From positions 992,001 to 1,056,000 of the forward strand of contig CBDCOX010000002.1 of assembly GCA_965219995.1 (NCBI GenBank): DNA of 64,000 nucleotides. Reading direction: 5' to 3'. This DNA is from Candidatus Latescibacterota bacterium (GTDB taxonomy: Bacteria; Latescibacterota; UBA2968; GCA-2709665). The notes under the pieces are model-generated. The model made no database searches and was not told the origin of the DNA. It was given only the letters and a program-made list of their open reading frames with translations. The position numbers and the translations under genes were made by a program. Below, one piece after another: positions 17,440 through 27,020 of this stretch; positions within the stretch are counted from its first letter, which is position 1; each line of letters begins with the position of its first letter.

Positions 17440-18309
17440 TCAGACCTGATCCTGCCAGGCCTCTTCCGCCCGAACACGTTGCCTGAAATACCTGCGCAGT
17501 TTGCCCAGGGCGCGATTTCGGATCTGGCGTACGCGTTCACGTGTGACACCCAGTTCCTTGCCGATCTCTCCCAGCGTCCTCCGGTCTCCTCCTTCCAGGC
17601 CGAAATACGAGCGGATCACGTTGGCTTCCCGGGTGTCGAGGCTGCCGGCGAGGGAGGCGCTGATCAGTTCGGTGCGGTCCCTTTCGAGGACCTCCAGATC
17701 CGGGTGGGCATCGTCGCAATCGAGCACCTGCAACAGGGTCTTTTCTCCTTCCGCGTCGATGGGGGACTCCAGTGAGAGGTCCGTCCTTGCGCAACGAAGC
17801 GCCCGTTCCGCCCGCTTTCGACTGATCTTCATATCACTTGCCACCTCGTCGACCGTCGGCACCCGTCCCAATTCCTGAGTCATCTGCCCCCATCGCCGGG
17901 CCATGCGATCCATGTCCTCCTGCCGGTTGGCTGGCATGGCCACCGCGGAGGTACGTTTCAGCGCGTTCAATATCGCCTGGCGAATCCACCAGACCGCATA
18001 GCTGATAAATTTGTAACCCCGGGATTCATCAAACCGGTTCAGGGCTTCCATCAGACCCATGTTTCCTTCTGCAATCAGGTCTGAGAGCGGCACGCCGCGG
18101 CCCTGATACTCGAGGGCAACGCTCACAACAAAGCGCAGGTTGGATGTGACCAGCCTCTCGATTGCCTTCGGATCGCCCTTCCGGGCGCGCCTGAGGGTGT
18201 CCATCTCCTCCTTGCGCGTCATTGGCGGATACCGGCGCAGTTCCTTCAGGTATCGCTGTACGGAGGCGTCATGAGGCAGACGCTTCTTTGTGGGTTCCTG
18301 GAAGTTCAC
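17440..18309 (-). CDS. sigma-70 family (RpoD/RpoS-like) sigma factor lacking region 1.1
   Basis: NLRFVVSVA, DLIAEGNMGL, FISYAVWWIRQ, TRERVRQI; start uncertain. Confidence 0.9.
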   Translation of the reverse strand: MNFQEPTKKRLPHDASVQRYLKELRRYPPMTRKEEMDTLRRARKGDPKAIERLVTSNLRFVVSVALEYQGRGVPLSDLIAEGNMGLMEALNRFDESRGYKFISYAVWWIRQAILNALKRTSAVAMPANRQEDMDRMARRWGQMTQELGRVPTVDEVASDMKISRKRAERALRCARTDLSLESPIDAEGEKTLLQVLDCDDAHPDLEVLERDRTELISASLAGSLDTREANVIRSYFGLEGGDRRTLGEIGKELGVTRERVRQIRNRALGKLRRYFRQRVRAEEAWQDQV

Positions 18310-18619
18310 GGCGGGGACCCATTTCTTTACAGACCGGATGGACTCTATCAACGGACTGTTGACGGCTGCAGAGCCGCCGCCCGATCTCGCCGGTATTTCC
18401 GGCGCGGATGTGGAACGACGTACGATTGGAACGATTTGGAAACACGAAAGTTCCACTTTCTTCATTGCGAACCGAGTGTCCTGTCCCGGAAACACCTCAC
18501 CATTCGGCCGACGAATCGCCCGGGATTGGTCTTCAGATTCGATATCCCCGATTCCTGCGATATCCCGCCAAAAGAAAAAGCGAGCCATCGAAAAATCGAC
18601 GGCTCGCCCCGAAATGGCA

Positions 18620-18697
18620 TGGTGGGACATACAGGATTCGAACCTGTGACCTCTGGTTCCGGAGACCAGCGCTCTATCCAGACTGAGCTAATGCCCC
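18620..18697 (-). tRNA. tRNA-Arg(CCG)
   Basis: GGGGCAT/ATGTCCC acceptor stem, anticodon arm CTGGT-CTCCGGA-ACCAG, GGTTCGAATCC, encoded CCA. Confidence 0.97.
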
Positions 18698-18715
18698 CTG
18701 GACTGATGAAATTGA

Positions 18716-18805
18716 TCAGACCTTCTTGTGGCGATCTCTTCGGCGGCGCTTCTTGCGCTTGTGAGTCGCAATCTTGTGGCGTTTTCGTTTTCTTCCGCAG
18801 GGCAA
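18716..18805 (-). CDS. 29-aa basic protein, bS22/AURKAIP1-COX24-like ribosomal protein
   Basis: Below ORF-track cutoff. AAGGAGGAG RBS, TTG start, MPCGRKRKRHKIATHKRKKRRRRDRHKKV. Confidence 0.85.
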   Translation of the reverse strand: MPCGRKRKRHKIATHKRKKRRRRDRHKKV

Positions 18806-18848
18806 GTAATGCTCCTCCTTGTCGGTCTTTCGGTGTCGCGGCGTGGGT

Positions 18849-19136
18849 TCAGCCTGCCTGTTCGCCCGTGAGGCCCGTCCGCAGTTCCCGGGAAGGCTTG
18901 AATACCGGCGCAGGGCGCTCCGGAATCTTGACGACGTCGCCCGTCTTGGGATTTCGACCTATCCGGGGTGCCCGGGTCACAACCTTGAATGTCCCAAACC
19001 CTCGAATTTCGATGTGCTCGCCATGTTTCAATGCCGTCACCACCGAGTCGAGGAAACCCTCCACGACAGCCGCCGTATCCGATTTCGGCAACCCCGTGGC
19101 CTCTGCAATCTGACTGACGATATCGGCTTTGGTCAC
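18849..19136 (-). CDS. hup: HU-family DNA-binding protein
   Basis: MTKADIV...IRGFGTF...GRNPKTG...PVFKPS. Confidence 0.92.
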   Translation of the reverse strand: MTKADIVSQIAEATGLPKSDTAAVVEGFLDSVVTALKHGEHIEIRGFGTFKVVTRAPRIGRNPKTGDVVKIPERPAPVFKPSRELRTGLTGEQAG

Positions 19137-19208
19137 CGAATCCCCTTTCTAAACAGGCTTGTGACTCAACGAATAACAGACCGGTCGATTTGGCCTGGAC
19201 AAACGAAA

Positions 19209-19237
19209 AGGATATACAAATGACGTCGCTTTGTCAA
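19209..19237 (-). promoter_or_regulatory. sigma70-type promoter of the hup operon
   Basis: TTGACA-17bp-TATCCT on the minus strand. Confidence 0.6.
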
Positions 19238-19248
19238 CAAAAATCAGT

Positions 19249-21033
19249 TTACTGCCGGGCGCTTCCGATGTACTGGAGTTGATGAAGCCGGTGATAGATG
19301 CCCTTGCTCGCCAACAGGGCTTCGTGTGTCCCGGTTTCCCGGATCTCACCCCTGTGAAGGACCAGAATCCGATGGGCGCTACGGACCGTTGAAATGCGAT
19401 GCGCTATGACAATGGACGTCCTCGAACGCATCAGTCTGCCCACCGCATCCTGAATCCACACCTCAGTCTCGGTGTCTACGCTGGACGTGGCTTCGTCCAG
19501 GACCAGAATGTCGGGTTCAAATGCGATCGCACGGGCAAAAGCCAGCAACTGGCGTTGTCCTCCGGACAGGGTGCCGCCCCGCTCAGTGACGGTGTGCCCG
19601 TATCCGGAGGGCAGGCGGCTGATGAACCGGTCCGCGTTTACGTCCCGTGCGGCCTGTTCGACCTGCTGCCGTGAAATCCCGGGGTTTCTCAAGCGGATAT
19701 TCGCATCGATGTCCCCCGAGAACAGGAACACGTCCTGTTGGACAACGCCTATGCGCCTCCTTAAGGCCTCTACATCCCACTCGCCTATATCGATCCCGTC
19801 AATTCGAATCCGCCCGCGCTGGATTTCGTAGAATCTGCACAGCAGGTTTATGATCGTGGTTTTTCCTGAACCCGTCGCGCCGACGATGGCCAGCCGTTCC
19901 CCCGGTTCTACGATGAACGAGACGTCTTTCAGTACCCAGTCATCCTGGTTGTAGGCGAACCACACGTTGGAAAACTCGATCTCCCCTCTGATCTTCCTCG
20001 GCCCGTTCAGACCGCGGCCGGGCTCCGGCCGCGTGTCCAGGAGCTCGAATATCCGCTCCGAAGACGCCATAGCGGCCTGGAGAATCGCGTACCGTTCGGC
20101 GACATCCAGAATGGGCCAGAAGAACCTGGGGATGTACTGCAGCATGGCGATCAGCGCTCCCCACTCGATCTGGGACCGCATCACATCGTCGCTGCCCTGC
20201 CAGATAACCAGCGCCGTGGCCGCGGACCCGAGCAACTGCATAATCGGGAAGTAGAGTGAGTAATACAGCGTCGACTCCAGATTCGCGTTCAGGTACCGGC
20301 CGTTGACGCCGTCGAAGCGCTCGGCATGCCGGCTTTCGCGGCCGAAAAGCTGCACCACCGACATTCCCGTGATATTCTCCTGCAAATAGGCGTTCAGGCG
20401 CGCCAACCGGCTGCGCGCGAGGCGAAAGGCCCGCAACATGCGTCCCTGGAACCAGAATGTCACGCCGAACATGACGGGCACCGTCGCACAGACCCACAGC
20501 GCCAGTGAGGCGTCCATGTAGAACATGTAGGCCATAATCGCGATCAGCGTGAAAATGTCGCTGAACACGGCCACGACCCCATCCGTAAACAATTCGTTGA
20601 GCGCGTCCACGTCGTTCGTATTGCGGGTCATCAGGCGACCGATCGGCGTGCGGTCGAAGAACTTTACCGGCAAACGCTGAAGGTGAGCAAAAATTGCTTT
20701 TCGGATATCGTACATCACCCACTGACCGACCATCTGTGTCACCAGCCTCTGTGCCATGTCTGCCAGGAACTGAAACACGAGCAGCCCGACAAACACGAGC
20801 ACGATCCGGTTCAGGCCCGCCACGTCGCCGGGAAGGATATGGTCGTCCACCGCAATCTTGCTCAGATAGGGTCCGGCCTGCCTGGCTGCAGACGTCATGA
20901 GAATCAGGACGAAGGCAACCGTCACCCAGCGCCTGTACGGCTTGAGATAACCGAGAAGGCGCCACATCAGCCGGGAATCGAACGGCTTCTGCGCCACCTC
21001 TTCTTCGTGCATATCGCGGGTTGCATCAGACAT
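19249..21033 (-). CDS. heterodimeric ABC exporter subunit B (TMD+NBD, MdlB-like)
   Basis: GATGSGKT, LSGGQRQ, LDEATSSVD. Confidence 0.9.
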   Translation of the reverse strand: MSDATRDMHEEEVAQKPFDSRLMWRLLGYLKPYRRWVTVAFVLILMTSAARQAGPYLSKIAVDDHILPGDVAGLNRIVLVFVGLLVFQFLADMAQRLVTQMVGQWVMYDIRKAIFAHLQRLPVKFFDRTPIGRLMTRNTNDVDALNELFTDGVVAVFSDIFTLIAIMAYMFYMDASLALWVCATVPVMFGVTFWFQGRMLRAFRLARSRLARLNAYLQENITGMSVVQLFGRESRHAERFDGVNGRYLNANLESTLYYSLYFPIMQLLGSAATALVIWQGSDDVMRSQIEWGALIAMLQYIPRFFWPILDVAERYAILQAAMASSERIFELLDTRPEPGRGLNGPRKIRGEIEFSNVWFAYNQDDWVLKDVSFIVEPGERLAIVGATGSGKTTIINLLCRFYEIQRGRIRIDGIDIGEWDVEALRRRIGVVQQDVFLFSGDIDANIRLRNPGISRQQVEQAARDVNADRFISRLPSGYGHTVTERGGTLSGGQRQLLAFARAIAFEPDILVLDEATSSVDTETEVWIQDAVGRLMRSRTSIVIAHRISTVRSAHRILVLHRGEIRETGTHEALLASKGIYHRLHQLQYIGSARQ

Positions 21034-21072
21034 ATGGGTTCACACGACCGGGACGCCTGGAACTCCCCCTGT

Positions 21073-22854
21073 TCAGATTTCCTCGAGTTCGCGCGTCAGT
21101 TGCTGGCGCCGGTGCATCGCGGCGTAGATGCCGCCCTCGCCGACCAGTTCGGTGTGCGTGCCACGTTCCACGATCGCGCCTTCATCCAGCACGACGATCT
21201 GATCCGCGTCCTGAACGGTTGAAATCCGGTGCGCAATGATGATGGTGGTTCTGGACGCCATCACATCGCGAAGGCGACTCAATATCCGCTCTTCGGTCTG
21301 CGTATCGACGCTGGCGAGCGCATCATCCAGGATCAGAATCTCCGGTCGGCGAATCACCGCACGGGCCAACGCCGTACGCTGCTTCTGACCGCCGGACAAC
21401 GTAACGCCGCGTTCACCGATTACTGTTTCGATTCCCAACGGGAAATTCGCCAGATCGCTCGAAAGGCCGGCAACGTCACACGCCCACCGTATGTCGGCCT
21501 CGGCGGCCCCGTCGCTCCCCAGGCAGATGTTCTCCCGAAGCGAGTCCGAGAAGAGAAACGTGTCCTGCGGCACGAATCCGATGGACGCCCGGAGCGCCGC
21601 CAGAGGGACTTCATCCACGGAGACGCCGTCGATCAGCACCGCGCCGTCCGTCGGCAGGATCAGGCGCGGGATCAGGCGGGCCAGGGTGGTCTTTCCGGAA
21701 CCCACGCGTCCGACCACGGCCAGCGTCCTGCCCCTTGGAATATGGAGATTGATATCCTTCAGTACGGGCGCACCGTTGTACGCAAAGGTCAGATTCCGGA
21801 ATTCGATCTCACCGCCCGGCGGCCCGGCGCCTTTTACGCGCGCCGAGTCCTCGATCTCGGGTCGTGTCTCGAGGACTTCCTCAATCCGCTTCATGGATGC
21901 CAGTCCCCGCTGGTACCGATCGATCATCCATCCCAGGGTAATCATCGGGAAAATCAACTTGGTCAGATAGGCGTTGAATGCCACGAAATCCCCCAGCGTC
22001 AGCCGGCCCTCAATCACATGAGTGCCGCCGATCCAGAGAATGACCGCCAGCGACGCTCCGCTGATGAGAAAGGTCAACGGAAAAAGAAGGCTCTGAATAC
22101 GAATCAGCCTGCCGTTCTTGACCAGATATTCCCGGCTCAATTCGTCGAACGCATCCATCTCCGCCCCACTCTGAGCGAATGCCTTTACCACACGGATGCC
22201 GGACAGATTCTCCTGAACGCGGGCGCTGATCCGCGAGAACTGTTCCTGAACGGACCGGAATCCCTGGTGTACCCGGCCCGCCAGGCGGTTCATGACCAAC
22301 GCCATCACGGGCATCGGGACGACTGCAAGCAATGCGAGTTTCCAGTCGATCCAGCACATGACCAGCATACTCAGGGTCAGTCCCAGCACCGCGCCAAACA
22401 ACATGCGCACGCCGAATCCAAGAAACATCCGGACGGCGTTCACGTCGTTGGTGGCCCGGGAAATCAGGTCTCCCGTGGGCGTCTGATGGAAATAGCTCAG
22501 AGATTGCCGCAACAGCACCTTGAAATAATCCCGTCGAATATCGTACTCGACGAGGCGCGATACACTGTTCAGGCACCAGCGCATGCCCATTTCCAGCCCC
22601 ATCTGCACGAGCGCGAGGCCGACGATCAGCATTGCCCAGAAGGCAACCTGCTCGCCGACGCCAACCCACGAAAGGTCGACGCCGGGAGGCGTGCCGTCCA
22701 ACCGTTCCTTGACCAGATCGACCGCTTCTTTCAGCGCGAGCGGGATCGCGCTCGACGCGAGTTGCGCGATCGACAACAGCAGCAGCCCCAAGAGGATACG
22801 GTTCCTGTAGGGTCTCAGGTACTTCCGGAAGGGTCTGAAGGGATTAAGCGTCAT
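21073..22854 (-). CDS. heterodimeric ABC exporter subunit A (TMD+NBD, MdlA-like)
   Basis: GRVGSGKT, LSGGQKQR, degenerate Walker B LDDALASVD as expected for the non-canonical site. Confidence 0.9.
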   Translation of the reverse strand: MTLNPFRPFRKYLRPYRNRILLGLLLLSIAQLASSAIPLALKEAVDLVKERLDGTPPGVDLSWVGVGEQVAFWAMLIVGLALVQMGLEMGMRWCLNSVSRLVEYDIRRDYFKVLLRQSLSYFHQTPTGDLISRATNDVNAVRMFLGFGVRMLFGAVLGLTLSMLVMCWIDWKLALLAVVPMPVMALVMNRLAGRVHQGFRSVQEQFSRISARVQENLSGIRVVKAFAQSGAEMDAFDELSREYLVKNGRLIRIQSLLFPLTFLISGASLAVILWIGGTHVIEGRLTLGDFVAFNAYLTKLIFPMITLGWMIDRYQRGLASMKRIEEVLETRPEIEDSARVKGAGPPGGEIEFRNLTFAYNGAPVLKDINLHIPRGRTLAVVGRVGSGKTTLARLIPRLILPTDGAVLIDGVSVDEVPLAALRASIGFVPQDTFLFSDSLRENICLGSDGAAEADIRWACDVAGLSSDLANFPLGIETVIGERGVTLSGGQKQRTALARAVIRRPEILILDDALASVDTQTEERILSRLRDVMASRTTIIIAHRISTVQDADQIVVLDEGAIVERGTHTELVGEGGIYAAMHRRQQLTRELEEI

Positions 22855-22893
22855 TCAGTGTCCTGTCACGGGAAGTTCTCACGATTCGGCCGT

Positions 22894-23211
22894 CTATACG
22901 TCGGCGTGCCACCGGTACACGTCCAGATCCACTTTTCCGTTCACAAAGGCCACGCCTTCGGCCTCGAGGAGGCGTTCCTGGACCAGATGCGCCTTACTGG
23001 CTGCCGTGCGGATCGACACGGTTCCCCGTGCGTTAATCACCCGGTGCCACGGGCATCTTGTGCATGCCGGCAATGCCTTGAGCGCCTGCCCCACCTGTCT
23101 GGGTCCCACGCCTGCAATCTTCGCAATCTGGCCGTAGGTTGCCACCGTCCCTGCGGGAATCCTCGCGACCACGCGATAAATCTTCCGGAACGTGCGCTCG
23201 AACTCCGGCAT
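22894..23211 (-). CDS. alkyltransferase-like protein (Atl/YbaZ, MGMT family)
   Basis: IPxGxVATYGQIA, PRQVG, PWHRV (Trp replaces the catalytic Cys). Confidence 0.88.
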   Translation of the reverse strand: MPEFERTFRKIYRVVARIPAGTVATYGQIAKIAGVGPRQVGQALKALPACTRCPWHRVINARGTVSIRTAASKAHLVQERLLEAEGVAFVNGKVDLDVYRWHADV

Positions 23212-23257
23212 TTGGTACACGATCCTTCCAGAAATGATGGAACACGCAGGATCCGGC

Positions 23258-24316
23258 TTACGGCCGCCGCTCGCTTTCTTCCAGCAGCCAATCTTCCAGA
23301 TATCGGGAGGGGTCCGGCTGCGACTCGCATTCCTTGAAGAGCCGGACCGCGGCATTGAGATCCTGTCCCAGCGTCCGGTACACGCGATCGAAGACGTCGA
23401 CTTTCTCGTGGTACGTCCGATAGGCCATCATCACGGCGTTATTCAAGCGCCGCTGAGGAAAACGGGAGTAGGCGCCGGTCTTCAGATCCAGCCGGAAAAA
23501 ACGGCTCTTTGCACGCTCGAATATGACCTCTCTCTCCTTCATTTTCTCGTCATAAGTGCGTTCCGAGGCGTAGAGCGCCTGCAGTGCTTCCGCGACATCG
23601 TGCATGAACCGATTGAACGTTCGTTCATCGGACCTCCTGGCCAGCATGCGCCTCACGGCCGCTGCCTCCCGCCCGTGACGCTCCCGCATGAACTGCAACG
23701 CGCCGGCCTCCCCCACGAAGGTTGCCAGACTCTCATTAAAGGAGACCTCGTCCGGAATCCACACCGTCGCGTGGGCCAGTTCGTGGATGACGAGTTCGGC
23801 CAGGTCGCCGTCGCCATATCGCAGCATTGTACTCAGGATCGGATCTTCAAACCAGCCCAGTGTACTGTAGGCGCCAACCGGCCGCAGCAATGTATCGAAC
23901 CCTCGCGCCTCCAGCCCGTCCCGATCCCTTTTCGCGCGGTCCAGATCAAAATAACCCCGGTAGGGAAATCGTCCCACTACCGGGTACGTCCACTGAACGG
24001 GCTCAAGCCGGTCTCTGGGCGACGCGGTCAGTTGCCACGAAACCGGACCCTTGCCGATATCGATGTAGCTGCGATAATTTCGAGACCGGGACAGCCCGAT
24101 CCGTCTTTCCGCGAAGCGCCGCACCTCCTGGATGAATTCGAGCCGGTCCCGGACTTCCCGATCCAGATCCCGGCTCGCCAGCATCTTTGAGATCGGCTGC
24201 CGGTTCCAGAGCATTTCCGCCTGGCCGCGAACAAGGTGCCAATAGTACCCGAGTTCCAGGTTCAAGCCGCAAATCAGGGGCAGGAATACGATCAAAGCCG
24301 TGTGGGACCGGCTCAT
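23258..24316 (-). CDS. putative zinc aminopeptidase
   Basis: YRGYF, AYSTLGWFEDP, HELAH...FNESLA. Confidence 0.85.
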   Translation of the reverse strand: MSRSHTALIVFLPLICGLNLELGYYWHLVRGQAEMLWNRQPISKMLASRDLDREVRDRLEFIQEVRRFAERRIGLSRSRNYRSYIDIGKGPVSWQLTASPRDRLEPVQWTYPVVGRFPYRGYFDLDRAKRDRDGLEARGFDTLLRPVGAYSTLGWFEDPILSTMLRYGDGDLAELVIHELAHATVWIPDEVSFNESLATFVGEAGALQFMRERHGREAAAVRRMLARRSDERTFNRFMHDVAEALQALYASERTYDEKMKEREVIFERAKSRFFRLDLKTGAYSRFPQRRLNNAVMMAYRTYHEKVDVFDRVYRTLGQDLNAAVRLFKECESQPDPSRYLEDWLLEESERRP

Positions 24317-24906
24317 CTCGACGGTTCTGCATCCATGAAATAGTAACAGATGATGTGCTGCAGCATCATGTGCATGTCCTCAACCCTCCCCATGTGGTCG
24401 GATTCCACCACGATACAGTGACCAACCAGGTCTTTCAGTTTTCCGCCGCCAAACCCGGCGAAGCCGACCGTATGACAGCCCAGGCGGTTCGCAAAACGCA
24501 CGGCACGGAGTACGTTTTCCGAGTTCCCGCTCCCGCTGATGGCCAACAATACGTCCCCCGGTTCCGCGAAGTTTTTCATCTGCTCCACAAACACGTCTTC
24601 GTAACTCAGGTCGTTGCTCAACGCCGTCATCCACTCCACGTTGTCCGTCAGTGGAATCACCTTGAAGCGGGGCTCCCGGCCAACCGATGCCCCCTTTCCC
24701 AGATCGTTCACGAAGTGGGAGGCGGTACTCGCGCTTCCACCGTTTCCGATGGCGAATATCCGCTTCCCCGAGTCCCTGGCGTCACGGATAAGCGTAACGA
24801 CCGACGCGATGTGCCGGGGGTTCAATGATGCCAACAGCCGTTCGTTCCGCCGGATATATCTCGCGGCAAAGGCTTCAATGGATTCCATGAGATTCCCCGA
24901 AGTCAT
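24313..24906 (-). CDS. SIS-domain phosphosugar isomerase (GmhA-like)
   Basis: GNGGSA, TALSND, ISGSGNS, EDMH. Confidence 0.88.
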   Translation of the reverse strand: MTSGNLMESIEAFAARYIRRNERLLASLNPRHIASVVTLIRDARDSGKRIFAIGNGGSASTASHFVNDLGKGASVGREPRFKVIPLTDNVEWMTALSNDLSYEDVFVEQMKNFAEPGDVLLAISGSGNSENVLRAVRFANRLGCHTVGFAGFGGGKLKDLVGHCIVVESDHMGRVEDMHMMLQHIICYYFMDAEPSR

Positions 24907-24970
24907 GACTCGCTCTCACGTTCCCCGCCGTCTTGCTCCTCCCGCAGCGCCTTCCGGTCAGTCGCGTGCG

Positions 24971-25825
24971 TCACAATCCCGCCGCCCGCCACGCTTCGTC
25001 CAGTCCGCCGTGGGTGACGCGAACCGCTTCCTCCGCCGGCAATTCCCTTACCTTCCGACTGAAGGGCTCGGGCGTTACGGGTCCGGCGTACCCGATCTCT
25101 TTCAACGCTTTCAGGAAACCTGGCAGGTCGATCACGCCGGTCTCGGACGGGAGCGCGCGCACGTGATCGACCTGATCCTCCACGGCCACGCCGGCTGGCG
25201 CGTCGTTCACGTGTACGTGGATGACGTCGGGAGGCGTGAGCCCCCTGAGATCCGCAAGCGTCCCCAGCGACGTATACCAATGCCAGGAATCCAACAGCAA
25301 ACCGGCGTTTCGGGTTCCCAGGGCCTCGCAGAATCCCAGCATCCCGCCGATCGAATGGATGAATCCGTATGTGCTGCCGATACGATGGGTTCTCGGTCCG
25401 ATGAACTCCAGTCCGAGGTTGCACCCGTGGTCCTTCAACACTTCACATACCGGCCGCAAACGGTCCAGACACCACGTGAACTGCTCACGAAAGGGACGCT
25501 CGTCGGAAGCTGGCGCAATCCACTGCGAGACCCTGCACGCGCCCACCGCAGCCCCGGCGGCGGCCAAACCGGGTAATGCGCGCAGGTCACGCTCATAGTC
25601 CTCCAGGGGACCGTTCCAGGCCACGGGCAATCCCCACGCGCCGATCTTCATGCCAGCCTCGGAGAACAGCCCGGTGACGTGGTCCGATCCCTTGTCGCTC
25701 ACGAGCCGCGCCACCTCACGGATATTGACGTCAAGGCCCTGAAAACCCCCGGTCTTTGCATACGCCAGTCCTTCCGCCAGCGTCGCCTTTACCCCGATGG
25801 CGCCGGGCGACAGGCACTTGAACAT
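24971..25825 (-). CDS. sugar phosphate isomerase/epimerase (xylose isomerase-like TIM barrel)
   Basis: GLEF, LLDSWH, HVHVND and PEPF metal-ligand motifs. Confidence 0.85.
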   Translation of the reverse strand: MFKCLSPGAIGVKATLAEGLAYAKTGGFQGLDVNIREVARLVSDKGSDHVTGLFSEAGMKIGAWGLPVAWNGPLEDYERDLRALPGLAAAGAAVGACRVSQWIAPASDERPFREQFTWCLDRLRPVCEVLKDHGCNLGLEFIGPRTHRIGSTYGFIHSIGGMLGFCEALGTRNAGLLLDSWHWYTSLGTLADLRGLTPPDVIHVHVNDAPAGVAVEDQVDHVRALPSETGVIDLPGFLKALKEIGYAGPVTPEPFSRKVRELPAEEAVRVTHGGLDEAWRAAGL

Positions 25826-25913
25826 CAGCTACCTCCGGTGTTTGCTCTTGATGGGGACGTCCGGGTTGCGGTGGGGAGGGCCGGCAAATCGCTCGTTATT
25901 TCGCAACCCGCGG

Positions 25914-27011
25914 TCAATCCAGCGCCACCCGGTGCATCTTCAGCGTTTCAGGGTTCAAGTCCACCCCGAGGCCGGGGCGCCGGCCGACGCGAATGCGGCC
26001 GTCGACGATTGCTTCCGGCTGGAGGGTCAACTCGTTTCGCCATGGGATCTCGCCCCAGGCATATTCCAGAATCAGGAACCCGGGGTGCGTCGCCATAACC
26101 TGCATGCCGGCGCTTACGGCAACCGGTCCGAACGGCCCGTGCGGCGCCACGGGTACGCCGAATGCCTCCGCCATCTCCGCAATCGCTTTCAGTTCTGCGA
26201 TTCCCCCCACAACCGTCACGTCCGGCATGACCACGTCCATTGCCGTGTTTTCCAGGGCCTCCCTGAACCCGCCGCGCGACGTTCGCCCTTCGCCGCCGGC
26301 TGTTCGCAACCCGCAATGCCTGTTCACCTCGACGACGGCATCCATATTGTCTTCCGAAACGGGTTGCTCGTACCAGAAAAGATCCAGGTCAGCAAGTGCT
26401 TCGGCTGTATTCAGGGCGCCTTTGACCGTGAAATGGCTGTGGCAGTCGACCAGCACGTCCACGTCGGGGCCGACCGCCCGGCGCACGGCCTTTACCCGCG
26501 CGATGCCCGGCCCTGCTTCCGCCGCAGAGTCCATATTTCGAGGCATCCCGTCGAATGGAGCCAACTTGACCGCATCGAAACCCTCTGCGACTGCTCCGGC
26601 GGCGAGCGACGCGAAGTTCTCCGGGCTTCGATCCGTCGATGCCCTGTTGATGTTGGCATACAAACGGACTTCCTCGCGGACCGGACCTCCCAGCAATGTG
26701 GAAACCGGAACGTCGAGCGCCTTTCCAAGAAGGTCCCACAGCGCCTGCTCCAACGCGCTGACGGCACTGACCGTATCTCTGTCGCGGGCATCACGCGAAA
26801 ATGTATCCGAAAATTTCCGGATGCGCCGGGGGTCCCGGCCCCGCAGCCACTCGCCCAGCTCCTTCACGGCCCGTATCCGGCCGGCGTAGTTCCTGCCGGC
26901 GCGCAATTCTCCGAGGCCCCGCAGACCCGCGTCCGTGTTGACGTATACAAACACCCAGTCGCCCAGGTGATTCACCCTGACGGCGAACAGATCGATCCCC
27001 GTAACCTTCAT
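25914..27011 (-). CDS. mandelate racemase/enolase superfamily acid-sugar dehydratase (DgoD-like)
   Basis: ALWDLxGK, YANIN, VDCH, WYEQP, GGE, APH. Confidence 0.85.
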   Translation of the reverse strand: MKVTGIDLFAVRVNHLGDWVFVYVNTDAGLRGLGELRAGRNYAGRIRAVKELGEWLRGRDPRRIRKFSDTFSRDARDRDTVSAVSALEQALWDLLGKALDVPVSTLLGGPVREEVRLYANINRASTDRSPENFASLAAGAVAEGFDAVKLAPFDGMPRNMDSAAEAGPGIARVKAVRRAVGPDVDVLVDCHSHFTVKGALNTAEALADLDLFWYEQPVSEDNMDAVVEVNRHCGLRTAGGEGRTSRGGFREALENTAMDVVMPDVTVVGGIAELKAIAEMAEAFGVPVAPHGPFGPVAVSAGMQVMATHPGFLILEYAWGEIPWRNELTLQPEAIVDGRIRVGRRPGLGVDLNPETLKMHRVALD

Positions 27012-27020
27012 CCGAAAGGC

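Noticed and set aside
9859-18697. tRNA-anchored genomic island or prophage
   Set aside because: No integrase, phage genes or duplicated tRNA 3' end found in the window.
21229-23337. 702-aa plus-strand ORF, and similar long ORFs at 212-1324, 8346-9836, 25797-27287, 33817-35241, 48237-49553 and 61766-63175
   Set aside because: Antisense shadows of well-supported genes in a high-GC genome; no recognisable motifs of their own.
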